Shown: positions 51,061 to 63,800, counted from the first letter of the whole stretch. The stretch: 63,800 bases of DNA, filler included, from Dicyema japonicum (GCA_011109175.1; 14 parts of 14 records of this genome joined end to end with filler, not necessarily neighbours in it); one strand, 5' to 3'. Numbers and translations are program-made. The notes: generated by a model from the letters alone, not told the origin.

Positions 51061-52957
51061 GATTCGTTTCTTCTAAAAGCTGAAACATATGGCTACACTC
51101 AAAATCCACGACACACGTGTAATAAATCATTTTTGATTAATTTCTGTTTTTTTAATAATTTAAATAAAAAAAATTACTTTTTTCAATTTCATAGTTAATA
51201 TAAATAATGATCTTTTTCAAGTATAATTGATATAACGCTGCATCTCAAGATAGTAGTAAAGATCAACTGAAGAAGCAACAAATACATTTCTATAAATTTT
51301 AAATATCGGTTCTCAATGAGAAACTAGATCGACACTTGCTTTAGTGACAATACAATGATGGACGTTTTGCTACTCTTATGTAAAAATGTGACAGCTTCTG
51401 TCTGATTGTAGGGAAGGTTAAATGGTGATTAGGAAGAGGCACGTACTATCTTAGGAAGGATGTTTGATGTGCTACTGTTAAGGAATTAACACAAGGAAGT
51501 CACATTGGATATTAGCGAGGTTACACAATAATTCTACTTCCCTGTGTTATGTGAGTCCGTTGACAAAATATGTGAAGTTCAAACTCTTTAAGAATAATTC
51601 CTATCAGTTTTTAAATTCTCGCCACAATCCATAAGGAGGAATATATGATTATTTATCAGATCAAAGAAATAACGAAGGTAGTAGAATGAACGGTCGGTTA
51701 CTCTTCTAGCATAGGAAGTGATTCCAGTGCTTATGACAACGAATTAAGTTTATCCAGTTACCAATTTACAGTAAGAGTCCTTCCAAAGTCACACGAGTTC
51801 ATCCAGGACCAGCATAAAAAGTTGAAGATGCCCATTCCTTAAGAACCCTTTCAGTGGAGTATTGAATATTCAAGATTAGTCAATTTCAATTTTTTCATAG
51901 AAAGTATAGAATTTTGTGTACAAAAAATTATGACTATTATACGTGAAATTTTTATAATTTAATTATAAACACAAATTCCTGAAATAATCATTAAACATAA
52001 AAATAAACGAACCAGACACTCATGGACTCCCGATATTTAATAATCTTAACTGCAGGATCGAGTTTCACGAATCAAAATTAGAAGAAATTAATAACAGCTT
52101 AATGGATAATCTTCGCGAACTCTTAGATCCATTGTCGACTGATTCTGCCATGGAAAATACTCAAGCTGAATCTGTTTCATCATTAATACAGGCTTTAGCT
52201 GAACGGTCATCGCAAATTCCTGTTATTCAGGATCAACTATTTTGGTATTTTAACTATAGGAACATGAATGTGTTACTGAAATACTTGATGAATTGAGAAA
52301 TCTAAGAAGATGCCTCAATATTTTTTTTAATTAATGATATTTTTATTTTAACGGGGTTCAATTTAATAAACTAAGTTTCATTTTTTATTATTACCACCAG
52401 CAACGGAGATCAATTAAGAAAGTCACTGTGTTTCACGACACGTGGCTTCAAATTTATAAAGAAGTCTAGTCTCTCTTTATTAAATTTTATTATAATTTTT
52501 GTTTATAACTCCAAAATGAAGTACTCATTGCTGTATTCGTTAGAATCAGCGTTATTCCTATTTTATTCATTTTGTTACACTTGTATTTCCATATTCTGTT
52601 GTATTTCAAGAATACCACGAGTTCATGGACTATCGAGCCTTCTAATAGAGGAAATCAAATAAAAGACTTTATCCAACATCATCACTCCCAGTGTGTTGTT
52701 TGGACTCGTGAGTGTATATTAAGGATTTTTTGAAAGTTCGTATTCAAATAAACGAATTATTAGTCGCCAGTTTTAATCGAAGTTATCTCAGTTTTTTCAA
52801 CACCATTTAATGTTCCTCGGTGATCTCCAAACTTGATGCATTTTTGCCTTCTACGANNNNNNNNNNNNNNNNNNNNNNNNNNNNNNNNNNNNNNNNNNNN
52901 TTAATTAATTAANNNNNNNNNNNNNNNNNNNNNNNNNNNNNNNNNNNNNNNNNNNNA

Positions 52958-53179
52958 TAGACGATTGAAAACAATTTTTTCCATAACTTTCGATATTGAG
53001 CAGACTAGGCTAATTGGCCTATAACTATCTGCTTTTGACCTTGGCTTTCCTTTTTTCACAACCATGCGTACAATTGTTCGTTTCCAATAAGCTGGAACAT
53101 GACCAAAACTCAAAGAAGAATTATATAATATTTTTAGGCACTCAATTAAAATTGGGCCTGCGTTCTTGAAAATACTCAT
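52958..53179 (-). mobile_element. LINE RT N-terminal remnant (Jockey/I/CR1-like)
   Basis: LKILYNSSLSFGHVPAYWKRTIV..KKGK..YRPISLVCSISKVMEKIV. Confidence 0.8.
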
Positions 53180-53549
53180 TGGGATAAACTAATGAGCCAT
53201 TAAAATGGAAAGAGAATATAAATAAAAAAATGAAAATTTTCGACCCTTTTATCGTTTAATCGCTTTATTGACTCAAAATAAAATTTTTTGTTTTTTGAGT
53301 GAACAAGGGTAGATATCCCACACATCTGATATTTATGTTGAACCNCTCAATTAAAATTGGGCCTGCGTTCTTGAAAATACTCATTGGGATAAACTAATGA
53401 GCCATTAAAATGGAAAGAGAATATAAATAAAAAAATGAAAATTTTCGACCCTTTTCTCGTTTAATCGCTTTATTGACTCAAAATAAAATTTTTTGTTTTT
53501 TGAGTGAACAAGGGTAGATATCCCACACATCTGATATTTATGTTGAACC

Positions 53550-53720
53550 AACTGCCCGTCATTCGTCTGTCTCGAACTCTGTGATCTTCTTTTCTCCTTG
53601 TTTTGTTTCCGTGATATATTTGACTTCAGTTTCTCCTTGCATTTGTATGAGATGTGTCCAATTTGTTGACAGTTGTAACATGTCGTCGGGCCTCTTCACG
53701 ATTATTGCTTTTGTTATTTC
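53550..53720 (-). mobile_element. gag-like CCHC zinc knuckle (ORF1 remnant) upstream of the RT fragment
   Basis: TCYNCQQIGHISYKCKEK. Confidence 0.6.
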
Positions 53721-54084
53721 ATTGTCCGACGTGAAATTTCCATATTAAACACTATGTAGTTTGTACGAAATTCTATTAAAAAATCCATTGCTGGTTGAGT
53801 AATTTTTTGTTTATAATCTTTCGTTTATCAAGTTTGTTAATAAATAAAATTATTCCAAAGACCAAGAGAAAAACAAAACTAACTCTCTCCTTGATCCTGA
53901 CTTGTTCCAGTAATTCCAGAACTCGTCTCCAGATAAATTGTTCATGAACTATTTGTGATTAATTTGGGAATTTGAAAAAAATTTTAAAAACCATTAAAGT
54001 AAAAAAATTATTTTTGTCAAAATAATGTTTGAACCCAAGCTGTCTTATTTTTTTAAATCTCATTTTGAGTGTATCTTCTATGTT

Positions 54085-54250
54085 ATGTTATCCAATTAAG
54101 TCGTGTCCAACCCTTCGAGATCTCATAAACAAGTTTCCTACACTCTCCCCGATCTGCCGCAAATCATTTTAAATCAGCTTTGATTATATTTGTTGTTCAA
54201 TCAGATACAATGCATTTGAAATCTCACTTTTGTTTCCGGTTCTAGTACCT
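54085..54250 (-). mobile_element. RTE LINE 3' end of a second type
   Basis: AADRGECRKLVYEISKGWTRLN followed by GGACACGACT and a (TAACA)n-like tail. Confidence 0.45.
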
Positions 54251-54612
54251 CCATTAATTATTTCGTCTTCATCAATGGTTTTGTCTTTTTCAATTCCTTC
54301 CATTCAAAAGATTAGTATTAATTCCAGGAAATTTTAACGATTTGCATGTCTTTGTTGAAGGAATATAATTTTTATATGTTTTTAATATGGACTCTCGGGA
54401 ATTAAGAATATTATTTACTGTTTTTCTTGAAATTCGAATATTTAATAAGCAGAAAATCTGTGAGCGATTGTTTGACGTGATTTAGCACTATTCTATAGTC
54501 TTCTATTTCAAGNNNNNNNNNNNNNNNNNNNNNNNNNNNNNNNNNNNNNNNNNNNNTTAATTAATTAANNNNNNNNNNNNNNNNNNNNNNNNNNNNNNNN
54601 NNNNNNNNNNNN

Positions 54613-54812
54613 GTTTGACGAGTGACGCCGTCATCAGTGAATACTCACTGCGGAACTGGATTGTCTAGAAAGGACACTCACACAAGAAAAAGAAAAAAAG
54701 AAGTGAAGATCATTCCTTGGTTCTACGATTAGTTAAAATTAACTGTTCTTTACTTAAATAAAGTGTGTGTCCTGCCTATGCGGAGCTAATACCACGGCTC
54801 CGTGAAAAAGGC
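54613..54812 (+). mobile_element. SINE copy, 5' part lost in gap
   Basis: Core and tail near-identical to 16225-16420. Confidence 0.85.
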
Positions 54813-54954
54813 TACAATTTATATACTTGATCTTGTGGGCTAATAAGTAATGTAATGAAAATCTTATAACGATTCCTCAGCCAACAGGTTAATCAAATGT
54901 TAAGTAAGCCGTTTTAATGATTGTTCAGTATACAGGTTTTTCATTTCTTCTTCA

Positions 54955-55100
54955 TCAGATCAACAATATCAAACGGACTTGATCGATGTCATAAATTTGA
55001 GTACTTCAAATAAAGATTAAAATTGGATTTTTACTGTTGTTGATATTTACACTGAATATGTGATTTGTATAGAAATGACAAATAAATCTGCAGTAAATAG
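54955..55100 (+). mobile_element. Retroviral-type (rve) integrase remnant, Ginger/Maverick-like
   Basis: YQTDLIDV...WIFTVVDIYTEYVICIEMTNKSA. Confidence 0.45.
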
Positions 55101-55199
55101 ATAGATTTTTAAAAATAAAATTTACATGCATTTTCCGAAATCTGCTATCAAGTCAGATTTTGCAAATTTTTATATTGTTTTTGCGTAGGGAATTATATT

Positions 55200-55640
55200 A
55201 TTATAGGCACGTACGCAATGCCAAGATCATGACAAAGCATGTGCAACACGAAAAGTTAACAATCTAATTAACGTCGCCCATCTTTTTCGTTCCGTTGCCA
55301 TGTTCCGTAGCATATCTAGATCGTCCCCATCTTTAAGGCACTTTCCAATCTTCCTAGATCTTCATCTAGAATAACCGGCAGTGTTGTCCTCGGCCGGTCG
55401 CGGAAACGAGAAGCTTATAAGACTAAATACTCTTCCATTGCTTTGTTGGTAGGGTCCCCATATCGTGGCGGAGTATGTTTCCAAAGAGCCTCTATCTTGA
55501 AAAATAATTATAGAAAGATTTAATAAAACTCTGACAAGAAATCTGTCTAAATTGATGACAGAAAATGGTACTAAAAATTGAAAACAATTTTCAAGTAAGA
55601 TAACTTTTACTAACAACGCAACATCGAATGCTTCACCCAA
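55200..55640 (-). mobile_element. Adjacent LINE remnants (post-RT region and RTE-like 3' end)
   Basis: LETYSATIWGPYQ and LKDGDDLDMLRNMATERKRW. Confidence 0.45.
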
Positions 55641-56041
55641 TGAAACGGCATTCAGAATATGAGAGGCACTTCAGGGATAAATACAGTAATTCCAACAATT
55701 ACAAAGTTGTTATTTTATGTGTGGAAATACTTTTGGCAGTAAATTACCGAAAGATGACACACTTGTGAATACATTCTTCTAAAAGTCCACAAATGTAGAT
55801 ATCTGTTTTGGAATATTCCAATTGAATGAACAGCTGCACATTATCAAAAGCGACTCCAACTCCACTTAATCGTGGCTATTTTAGGAGCATCTTAGTCATA
55901 ATTTCGAAAACATCAGTGAGTTTTGCTATTCTTTCGTTATAATTGACAAAATTAAAAATTTTGTAAGATTTTATAATATCGACTGTATTTCAAATAATTA
56001 TATAAATTCAAATAAATTGAAGACCGTTTAACGAATTAATA

Positions 56042-56369
56042 TTAGTTAGTTACAAAGCTTAATGGAATGCTTTCTTGTATTTCAGTATGTGATTTCGGTT
56101 TGAGATAAATAGCGACAATGACACACGTGAATATTAGTCCAATAACTCCGAACACAATTCCAATTATTTGATTTTTCGTCAGTTTTTTTATGGCTTTTAT
56201 TTCAATCGTTAATTGTTCTTCAAAGCATCCTTCATCTAAAATTCAAACAAATTCAGTAACCGTCTCCAATAAATTGAAAACTCAAATCATAGCGGAAAAA
56301 TTGTATTTTAAGAGATGAAATTTCGATAGTCACATTTTTATAGCTTTGTGAGATGAATCCACATTGATA
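56042..56369 (-). CDS. Candidate 3' end of a single-pass membrane protein gene
   Basis: After a 25-nt GT-AG intron: EGCFEEQLTIEIKAIKKLTKNQIIGIVFGVIGLIFTCVIVAIYLKPK..*; 5' part in gap. Confidence 0.35.
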
Positions 56370-56999
56370 NNNNNNNNNNNNNNNNNNNNNNNNNNNNNNN
56401 NNNNNNNNNNNNNTTAATTAATTAANNNNNNNNNNNNNNNNNNNNNNNNNNNNNNNNNNNNNNNNNNNNTCGTTTTGACGACAGCGACCTGTACGTAATC
56501 TGGTGGAGAGGCTGTCATATTTTCTTATTTTTGCTAGAAAGGTAAACATAACATATATATTTTCAAAATGATAAGCCTCTCCATAACTTTAGTTATTGAG
56601 CAAAGCAATGGGACCGATCAATATGACCTGGGTCGTTCCCAGGTTTTATAATACGACGTATATGCGCAAGTTTCCAATTTTTCGGATAAATTCGAGTTAA
56701 TTGATTGGTTGTTGATATACGTGAGAGGAGCGACTCCCTGTTCTCTAAATTTTTAGGAAGAATATTGGAATCCTACCAGATCCTTGAGAGTTGTTGTTCT
56801 TATAAAATTCACGACATCTCTTACTATATAAGAGTAAATAATAATAATATAAGGAACTTTCCGAAATTCACAATCTTCATAGCTCATCTTGGGCAAAACG
56901 CTCACGTTATTTTATTGTAAAGAACTGTTAGTTAGTTAAGTAACCCCGGCCTCACTAACTTGCAGGAGACCAGAAGCTATTAGATAGGACGCAGCAAAT

Positions 57000-57270
57000 G
57001 CCGGTCGCTTCCATAGATCAGTCAGTACTGACATTGTAGACGAACGTTATGCTAATTCATGACATTCAAATAGGTTATTTGTTGTCAACTCGTAGAGGTT
57101 GCAAAAGGGACAGAGGACATCGTTTATCGGAGAGATGGTGGTGCCCACATCGTAGACGAGTCAGGTTTACCCGGACGAGGCCGTTTATGTTGAATTGCAG
57201 GTAATTCCCGTTTTTGTATGGCCGGAGTTCTGTTCGATGTTTCAAGCAAGGATTAGGAGTAGCCAATCCG
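57000..57270 (-). mobile_element. I/Jockey-like LINE ORF2 C-terminal remnant
   Basis: LTRLRCGHHHL..RCPL. Confidence 0.45.
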
Positions 57271-58699
57271 ATCTTTGTGAGCGAAAGATATGCGCCATCT
57301 CAAAAGTCGCAATCATCCAGTCTGAATTCCCAGAGGTCGTTGAACCGGTTTAAGGAAGAATAATTGTGATTCTTTTAGTTCCCAGATTGAAACTGTTATC
57401 CAATTTTGTCCGCGTGAAGGTGAACCACATCAATAATTTAAAGAAATGTAATGCTAACTAATCGATGAAAAGGAGTCCTCAACTAATTTTTTTCTTTTGT
57501 GCGCTGGCTCATGTAGACGAACCTGTTCTGCAGTGAATATTAACTGGTGGCTGCGTTGCTTGTCGAATTTATTTATTTACTTGTCAAATTAAAAATACCA
57601 TTCAAATATCTGATTTTTAAATTAAATAAAATATTTTTTTTAATTATTTTTAATTTTCGTTCAAATTTATTGATTTCATGTCAAATTTATGTTTCCTGAG
57701 AAAGATATTTTCATTTTTAATCGGGAAACTTTCAATATTCTTTTATTTGTATCATTAAATTGAATTAAACCTGTAATCACTAAAATATATAAACTTAATT
57801 TTAAATGGCCCTACATTAGTTGATAGATTTTCACTGCCAATTTCTATTGTTTCGAGAGATCTNNNNNNNNNNNNNNNNNNNNNNNNNNNNNNNNNNNNNN
57901 NNNNNNTTAATTAATTAANNNNNNNNNNNNNNNNNNNNNNNNNNNNNNNNNNNNNNNNNNNNGACTTACCTAAAATTATTTTATACTGCCTATGACGGTG
58001 GTTTTTTGGTTTATTAAATCTATATACTTATTAAGGAGCAATGTTGTATGTGCCACAATTCCTCGCGGATAAATGGACGGATTTTAATTAAAAAAAGTTA
58101 TGAACAAATAAAGACATTTCAAAAAAGTGAGTGAACCAAATTTGAAGAATTTGAGTTTCTGAATATTCGATCAATATCAACGAACGACACTCATAAAATA
58201 TTACATTTTCTCAGAAATGGCAGTATGCATATTAATCCGAGTGCATATGGCTAAATTAGAACTTCAATCACACATAAACGACTTTGGAGTTTGGCTGTTT
58301 TCGCACCGACTTTCCATATCCACAAAAAATCTGCATTTATCATTTTTACAATCGACCGAATTCAAAAGGATATCTAGAAATCAGTCCGTAATGAAGTTAT
58401 TCCAATGAAAACACATCCAAGCTGGGAATGAGCATGGACCATTTAATCTCTCTCCCAATATGTGAATGACGTTCAAGAGACCTCCGCAAACTGAACGTCA
58501 TAAAACATTCTTAAACTCCAGGACCCAGCCATCAGAGGAATACGCTGACGTCTTATACTACCAGTTCCTATAGCCAATGATGGAATAGGCTTTGCTTCCT
58601 GGGCTTCGGAATTTCAATTAGAAAATTTGAAAACATATAATTTAGCCTGTATCTTTATCAGACTTGAACTGAAGATTTTGCAGTGCTGTAGTAACGTCA

Positions 58700-59190
58700 A
58701 CTGTTATGGACATCATGCCCTTTTTTGCTGAAGAAGCGCATGACGATTCCAAGACATGAGGCGATCAACGGAATTTTTAAGGGAGCCTGGAGTCTGCTGG
58801 ATTCCTCTCCATACTTAAACATGTTGGTTTGGACGGATGAGATGGGAAACGACCGGACGGAATACAATTTATCCATTCGAGAAAGGGAAGCCTTTGGTAT
58901 GGGATGCTACGTGCGTCGACCCTCTTTGCTCATCCAGCATTATTGGGAGCGCAGTACACACACTGTATGGCGCGGAAAAACAATGATAACAAAGAAAAAA
59001 AATACGAAGCGTTGCAGATCGGTTCACGTTCTTCCCCATCGTAGTTAAGACAACAGGAGGAATAATCTGGAAATCACTTTCTAAAGAAACCGGGAAGCCT
59101 GGCTACAATCAAAATTTAGAAAGCACGTGAGACTCCGTGGTTTCTCAAGTTGATCTCTGTTGCAATCGTGAGAGGAAAGCAATTCTTTAA
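58700..59190 (+). mobile_element. CRE-like RLE remnant, third subfamily
   Basis: GHHALFC..RHEAIN..DGKRPDGIQF.PFEKGKPLVWDATCVD..RFTFFPIVVKTTG..ISVAIVRG. Confidence 0.7.
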
Positions 59191-59420
59191 TTTCCGTTTA
59201 AATTAAGAATAGGACTTCAGCTTGACAGGCGTTATCATAAAAAATTGCTAAAACTCAAAGTCTCATTTCTTGTCTCTAGAGGAGCTAAGTTCCAATGCCA
59301 GTCTTTAAGGGGCAACATATGTGGAACTGTGTACCCTAAAACAGTTCGGGTTTGTGGGTTTAAAACCGAATAATTCGGTTCTCAAAGCCACTCTGTGCCT
59401 GTGAAAAGGCAATTATAATA

Positions 59421-60000
59421 CAGTAAACTCTCTCAAATATGACACTCTTAAATATTATTTTTTTAAATATTTTTAAAAATTTAAATACTTTAAATTAAGC
59501 ATGGGTCGGAATGTTCCTGTTGGAAACTACACCAGAATTTCGATTGCTCAAAAAGTGGAAATATTGTGGTATAAAGAAACCTATAAATCAGTCTCATCTC
59601 AAGCGATATGCAACATATTTTCTTCTATTTTTTAAAAAGAAAATCTAGAATATTAATAAATGCAGAATCGCTTTTATTTCAGTTCATGAATAGAAATCCT
59701 AAACTAAAAGCTTGATGAAAATCTAATAGATTGGATGGATTCAATGGAATCAAAAGGAACACTATTCACTCTAACATTTAAGGTGCTTTATTGAACGATT
59801 CTCTATTATTACATAAGGCATAATTTTTCGCTAAAGAACTTTTGTTAACTAATTTTAAAAAATTTTTCGGGTAAAAAAAAAACAGATTTCAAATGCGTAA
59901 ATTACACGGCGAAATACGCACTGAAAAACATGTGGATATTGATGGTTTTTAAAAAGAATTTGAAGAAGTTTCAAAGAGTTACTCTCTGAAAATATTTATA
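59421..60000 (+). mobile_element. Tigger/pogo 5' remnant
   Basis: TA-CAGTAAACTCTC terminus; IAQKVEIL (psq HTH), ENLIDWMDSMESKG, MRKLHGE. Confidence 0.6.
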
Positions 60001-60469
60001 ATTCGGAACACATTGGAAGTTAAAAATCATTTATTTTGTATCTAAATTAGGCAAGTCTGCTATTTTCTTTAATAATAGTTCAATCTTTGCATTCACAAAT
60101 TATCATCCCAGTGGGTGAGATTTCTCTTACGTAATAAATATGTCCATATTACAACTTTCACTATCAACTCATTCAACATGTCTCACCAAATTTATATCAT
60201 TTCTGTTTTTCATTCATATATTACTAGAATTCACCTGAATTATAATATTCCACTATTGTAAACAAGTATTTTGAGTCAATAATCCTTTAATCAGAGAAAA
60301 GATTGGATGACCTGTTTTCTCAGAAACTCTCTCTTATTTTTCTTGTGTTTTGGCACGCAGTTGATAAATATGGGGTTGAAAAGAAATGTTGGCCACTTCC
60401 GAATTTTTACACTCAGGTCAAATTCGCCTAAAGCTAGAATGACTGAACAACATATCAATTGTCAAAGCA

Positions 60470-60697
60470 AGGGCTCTAAAAGGTTACCGAGCAGCTATCT
60501 AGTACTGACCTCTCAGTCAGGATTGGAAGAACTATATCCATTCCTTTCAAAATTACAATCGGCACTCCTCAGGGAGATTCTCTCTCCTTTACTATTTGTG
60601 ATATATCTCTAAGCTGCACTAAGGGATCTAAGAACGTGCTACAAAGGAAAAATGAGAGGAAGTCTTGTACGCGGATGATGTAAATTTCATATCCGAT
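60470..60697 (+). mobile_element. RT remnant (RTE-like)
   Basis: GTPQGDSLSPLLFVIYL and LYADDVNF. Confidence 0.7.
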
Positions 60698-60910
60698 NNN
60701 NNNNNNNNNNNNNNNNNNNNNNNNNNNNNNNNNNNNNNNNNTTAATTAATTAANNNNNNNNNNNNNNNNNNNNNNNNNNNNNNNNNNNNNNNNNNNNCAT
60801 CTATTTGACCTAAAACCTAGTTGACAAATGTGACTTGAGGATATATAAAATTAGCTAAAAAGAAAAATCAACGAGGAATAATTATGTAAATTGATTCAAA
60901 TGTGAATAAA

Positions 60911-61273
60911 TCAATCAGATTTATTAAAATTTAAATACTTCATCTTTGAAATACGTTTTCTGATGCACTCACGTGATACACTCACTTGGAAATTTTGTAG
61001 AATCTCGTTTTGGAGATCCTTTAATGAAAATTTTGAATTTTGAAGAAGTTTTGAGAGCAGAAACTGATTATGAACTTCACTCAGTTTCATGTGTCGGGGC
61101 CCCCCTCTTTCGTCCTCCTTGTATCCCTCCTTTATCCATCTGTAGGCCGTTCGTAGGTTTACTTCTAAAGATTTTGCTATCAACCGCCAGTCCCCTCCGT
61201 TATCGTGAATCGCGAAAAGCACTTTCTTTTTCTCCTTTGAGTCCTTCTTTTTTAAATAACATCGAGTTGGCAT
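60911..61273 (-). mobile_element. Tc1/IS630-like transposase N-terminal HTH region
   Basis: WRLIAKSLEVNLRTAYRWIKEG..RGGPRHMKLSE..SLKDLQNEI..VSVSRECIRKRI. Confidence 0.65.
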
Positions 61274-63089
61274 TAGTTTATTCTTAATTTATTTTTTAGG
61301 AAATTTAATTTATATATAAATTGACATTTTTATAAATAATTTTAAATATTTATATAATTTTCTAATATCACTTTCCCAAAATTGCATGTTTCCTAAACAT
61401 CCCTTTGGCCTCAAGTCAGATTATATCTAGAAGCCTGTCATAAGAAACCTTCCTCTTTGTGGAGATTAATTTAGGATTCTAAGACCAACCACAAGAGGAA
61501 GTTGGTATGGACATCTGGATCACTAGATTAGATGATGACTCTTATTTTCTTGTGGTTAATATATTAAATTATATTATTGCAACTAATTTCTGAAGTTATA
61601 TTTCCACAACAGGTCGTGTGGGTTTGATTCCCACACCCTTGCCTACTTGATGGAGGATTTCTCACTCCTCTGTGCTTTCTTCGATTCCCAGGAAGAGTCA
61701 TGTGATTCACCTTTCTCAAGCGACTCTCAGTGCCTGACCGGCAAAAGGATCACTTTTCCCTACTCCATTAGAGGTTTTTCACAATATGGGTGGATGTGAT
61801 ACTTTGAATAACCCGTCTTACTCCGATTGTTGAAGTTAATATACCTGTTATGGTTTTAAGGAGTACATTTAAATGACGTCATCATAGTTTATTAATTATT
61901 TCATCCATAATAATTAAAATAAAATTCCAATATGAATGACATTGTGATGGTTAAGGTGGTGACATACCACTATAGTATGAAATTATAAGCTATTTATAAT
62001 ATATTTTACAGCTGATTGTCGAAAACAATAGGCTGCCTCAGTTATTGAAAGCACGCGCTCTAGGCTGGGTCGTGTCCCCANNNNNNNNNNNNNNNNNNNN
62101 NNNNNNNNNNNNNNNNNNNNNNNNTTAATTAATTAANNNNNNNNNNNNNNNNNNNNNNNNNNNNNNNNNNNNNNNNNNNNAAAATTAGTCTGATCCGCAT
62201 GGAGGTTTGCCTTTTCCTCTTTGAAGATCGAGAAAATCAACTCATACTAACGGAAAATATTTCCTCTTTATTTGGATTGAAGTTAATAAAAAATATTTTA
62301 TTATTGAAAGAAAACGTTCATGCAGTTATGGAATATCTTTAAGAAATAACCCAATGTCGTAGTTAGTTTTTGATAGCACTCTACCTATTTTTGGTGGATT
62401 ACTAATAATTGCGCTAATTAGGAGGATGAAGAGAAGCCTTCAGCCAAATGGCCAACGGGAGAATCAATTAGTAAACTATCATTATAACATGAATCCTACT
62501 ACTTTTAATTGATCAATTAAATGTTCTATTTGAGACGGAAATAGAAACTTCTACGGCTACGCACAAGCTTCTGTGCCAGAGAACTTTTGATTACGAGTCT
62601 CTCTTTTGTAACCAACTAGGCAAAGGGTAACAAAACGGTTTCACGAAAATTTTCATTAGGGTCGGAAGTTAAGACCTATAAGAAGAATATTAATTCGACT
62701 GATAGTTGTAACCAACTAGGCAAAGGGTAACAAAACGGTTTCACGAAAATCTTCACTAGGGTCGGAAGTTAAGACCTATCAGAAGAATATTAATTCGACT
62801 GATAGAGTCATAACATCCTTCATGAGTGCAAGACTTCAATTAAAATTACAATGAGGTACGTGAAACTTTAGTTTCATTTCTTGGCAGTGCTTTCCTTCAT
62901 TACGATTCCGTATTTGAATACATGAGTAAAGGATCTGAGTTTTTTTATTATAACCCCCTAATTCATATCTCAACTCCCTTTCATATAAAGCTTATTAGGC
63001 TGCCATCTTCATCAATTAACAACCTCCTCCAGTCTCTTCCAAACGAAAATTTTGATCACTACCTTACTTGACTCCGAAGAGCGATTTAA

Positions 63090-63720
63090 AAAGAAAAATC
63101 ACCTTTTACACCCATAACGACGAACTCCCAAGTGGGCGTGTAAATAAAAATCATTCTTTTAATATATAGTGTTGGGTTTTCAAAACTTAAATTTTATTTT
63201 TTTTCGAAAATCAAGAGTCTTGAATTGGTCAGTAAATTGAAGATCGTTGCTAAAAGAAAAATCACCTTTTACACCCATAACGACGAACTCCCAAGTGGGC
63301 GTGTAAATAAAAATCATTCTTTTAATATATAGTGTTGGGTTTTCAAAACTTAAATTTTATTTTTTTTCGAAAATCAAGAGTCTTGAATTGGTCAGTAAAT
63401 TGAAGATCGTTGCTCTAAAAAAGGCGGATATCGTAGATTCCGTACAATTTTGTAGCCGATCCGTCGATTCCAATCCCAAAAGCCCATCCCCGAACTTATC
63501 CACTGCCCCTGCTGCTGTATAATAAATCCTTATACTGTTTGCGAGTATCTAAGTGTGGAGAATTCACCAACCAAAGATCTTCAAGACTCCCAGACCAGAA
63601 TGCGACCATCAACTTCCACAAAGGCTCCGTAAACGGAAAATAGTCTTCTTTTCAGTGAAATTTAGTTTCTAAAGAGAAGAATAGCCAAATCTTGCAACCT
63701 TTGCAGAAGATAGTATTTGT
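63090..63720 (-). pseudogene. FARS2: Mitochondrial phenylalanyl-tRNA synthetase (FARS2) fragment, decayed
   Basis: FH*KEDYFPFTEP, AGAVDK(F)GWAFGIGID, KLYGIYDIRLF*SNDLQFTDQFK..KKIKFK, VKGDFSF; stops at both conserved Trp positions (TGA 63652-63654, TAG 63415-63417), frameshifts, probable 21-nt intron; 163-bp tandem duplication 63090-63413. Confidence 0.75.
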
Positions 63721-63800
63721 AATTAATCAAAAAATTATTATTTTAAACCCAAGACACCAATTGAAGTTGAAATATTTCCAAAGATCACAGTTAAAAAAAA

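Noticed and set aside
1-63800. CRISPR arrays, operons or prokaryotic defence systems
   Set aside because: No regularly spaced repeats with unique spacers; genes are intron-containing and eukaryotic

Overview
AT-rich draft eukaryotic scaffold, not prokaryotic: no operons, CRISPR, rRNA or true tRNA seen. It has many assembly gaps, including artificial 44N-TTAATTAATTAA-44N spacers and single-N joins. The defining property is dense spliceosomal micro-introns of about 19-30 nt, nearly all GT-AG with one GC-AG. Their positions in ALG6 appear to match the vertebrate gene, which points to a miniaturised, probably parasitic metazoan (dicyemid- or myxozoan-like; inference only). A compact gene island at about 37-47 kb holds a centriolin-like gene, ALG6, EMC1 and 2-3 orphan genes. 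Three intron-retaining, decayed host genes lie in the repeat-rich flanks: condensin CAP-G/NCAPG, cathepsin L and mitochondrial Phe-tRNA synthetase FARS2. The rest is transposon debris: a tRNA-derived SINE family sharing its 3' tail with an RTE LINE, several CRE-like RLE retroelement subfamilies, I/Jockey and RTE LINEs, pogo/Tigger, hAT and Tc1/IS630. An approximately 8 kb diverged duplication (15.3-23.4 kb vs 26.5-32.3 kb) carries copy-specific insertions. All homology calls come from recognising motifs in hand translations and from recalled reference sequences; no database search was run.
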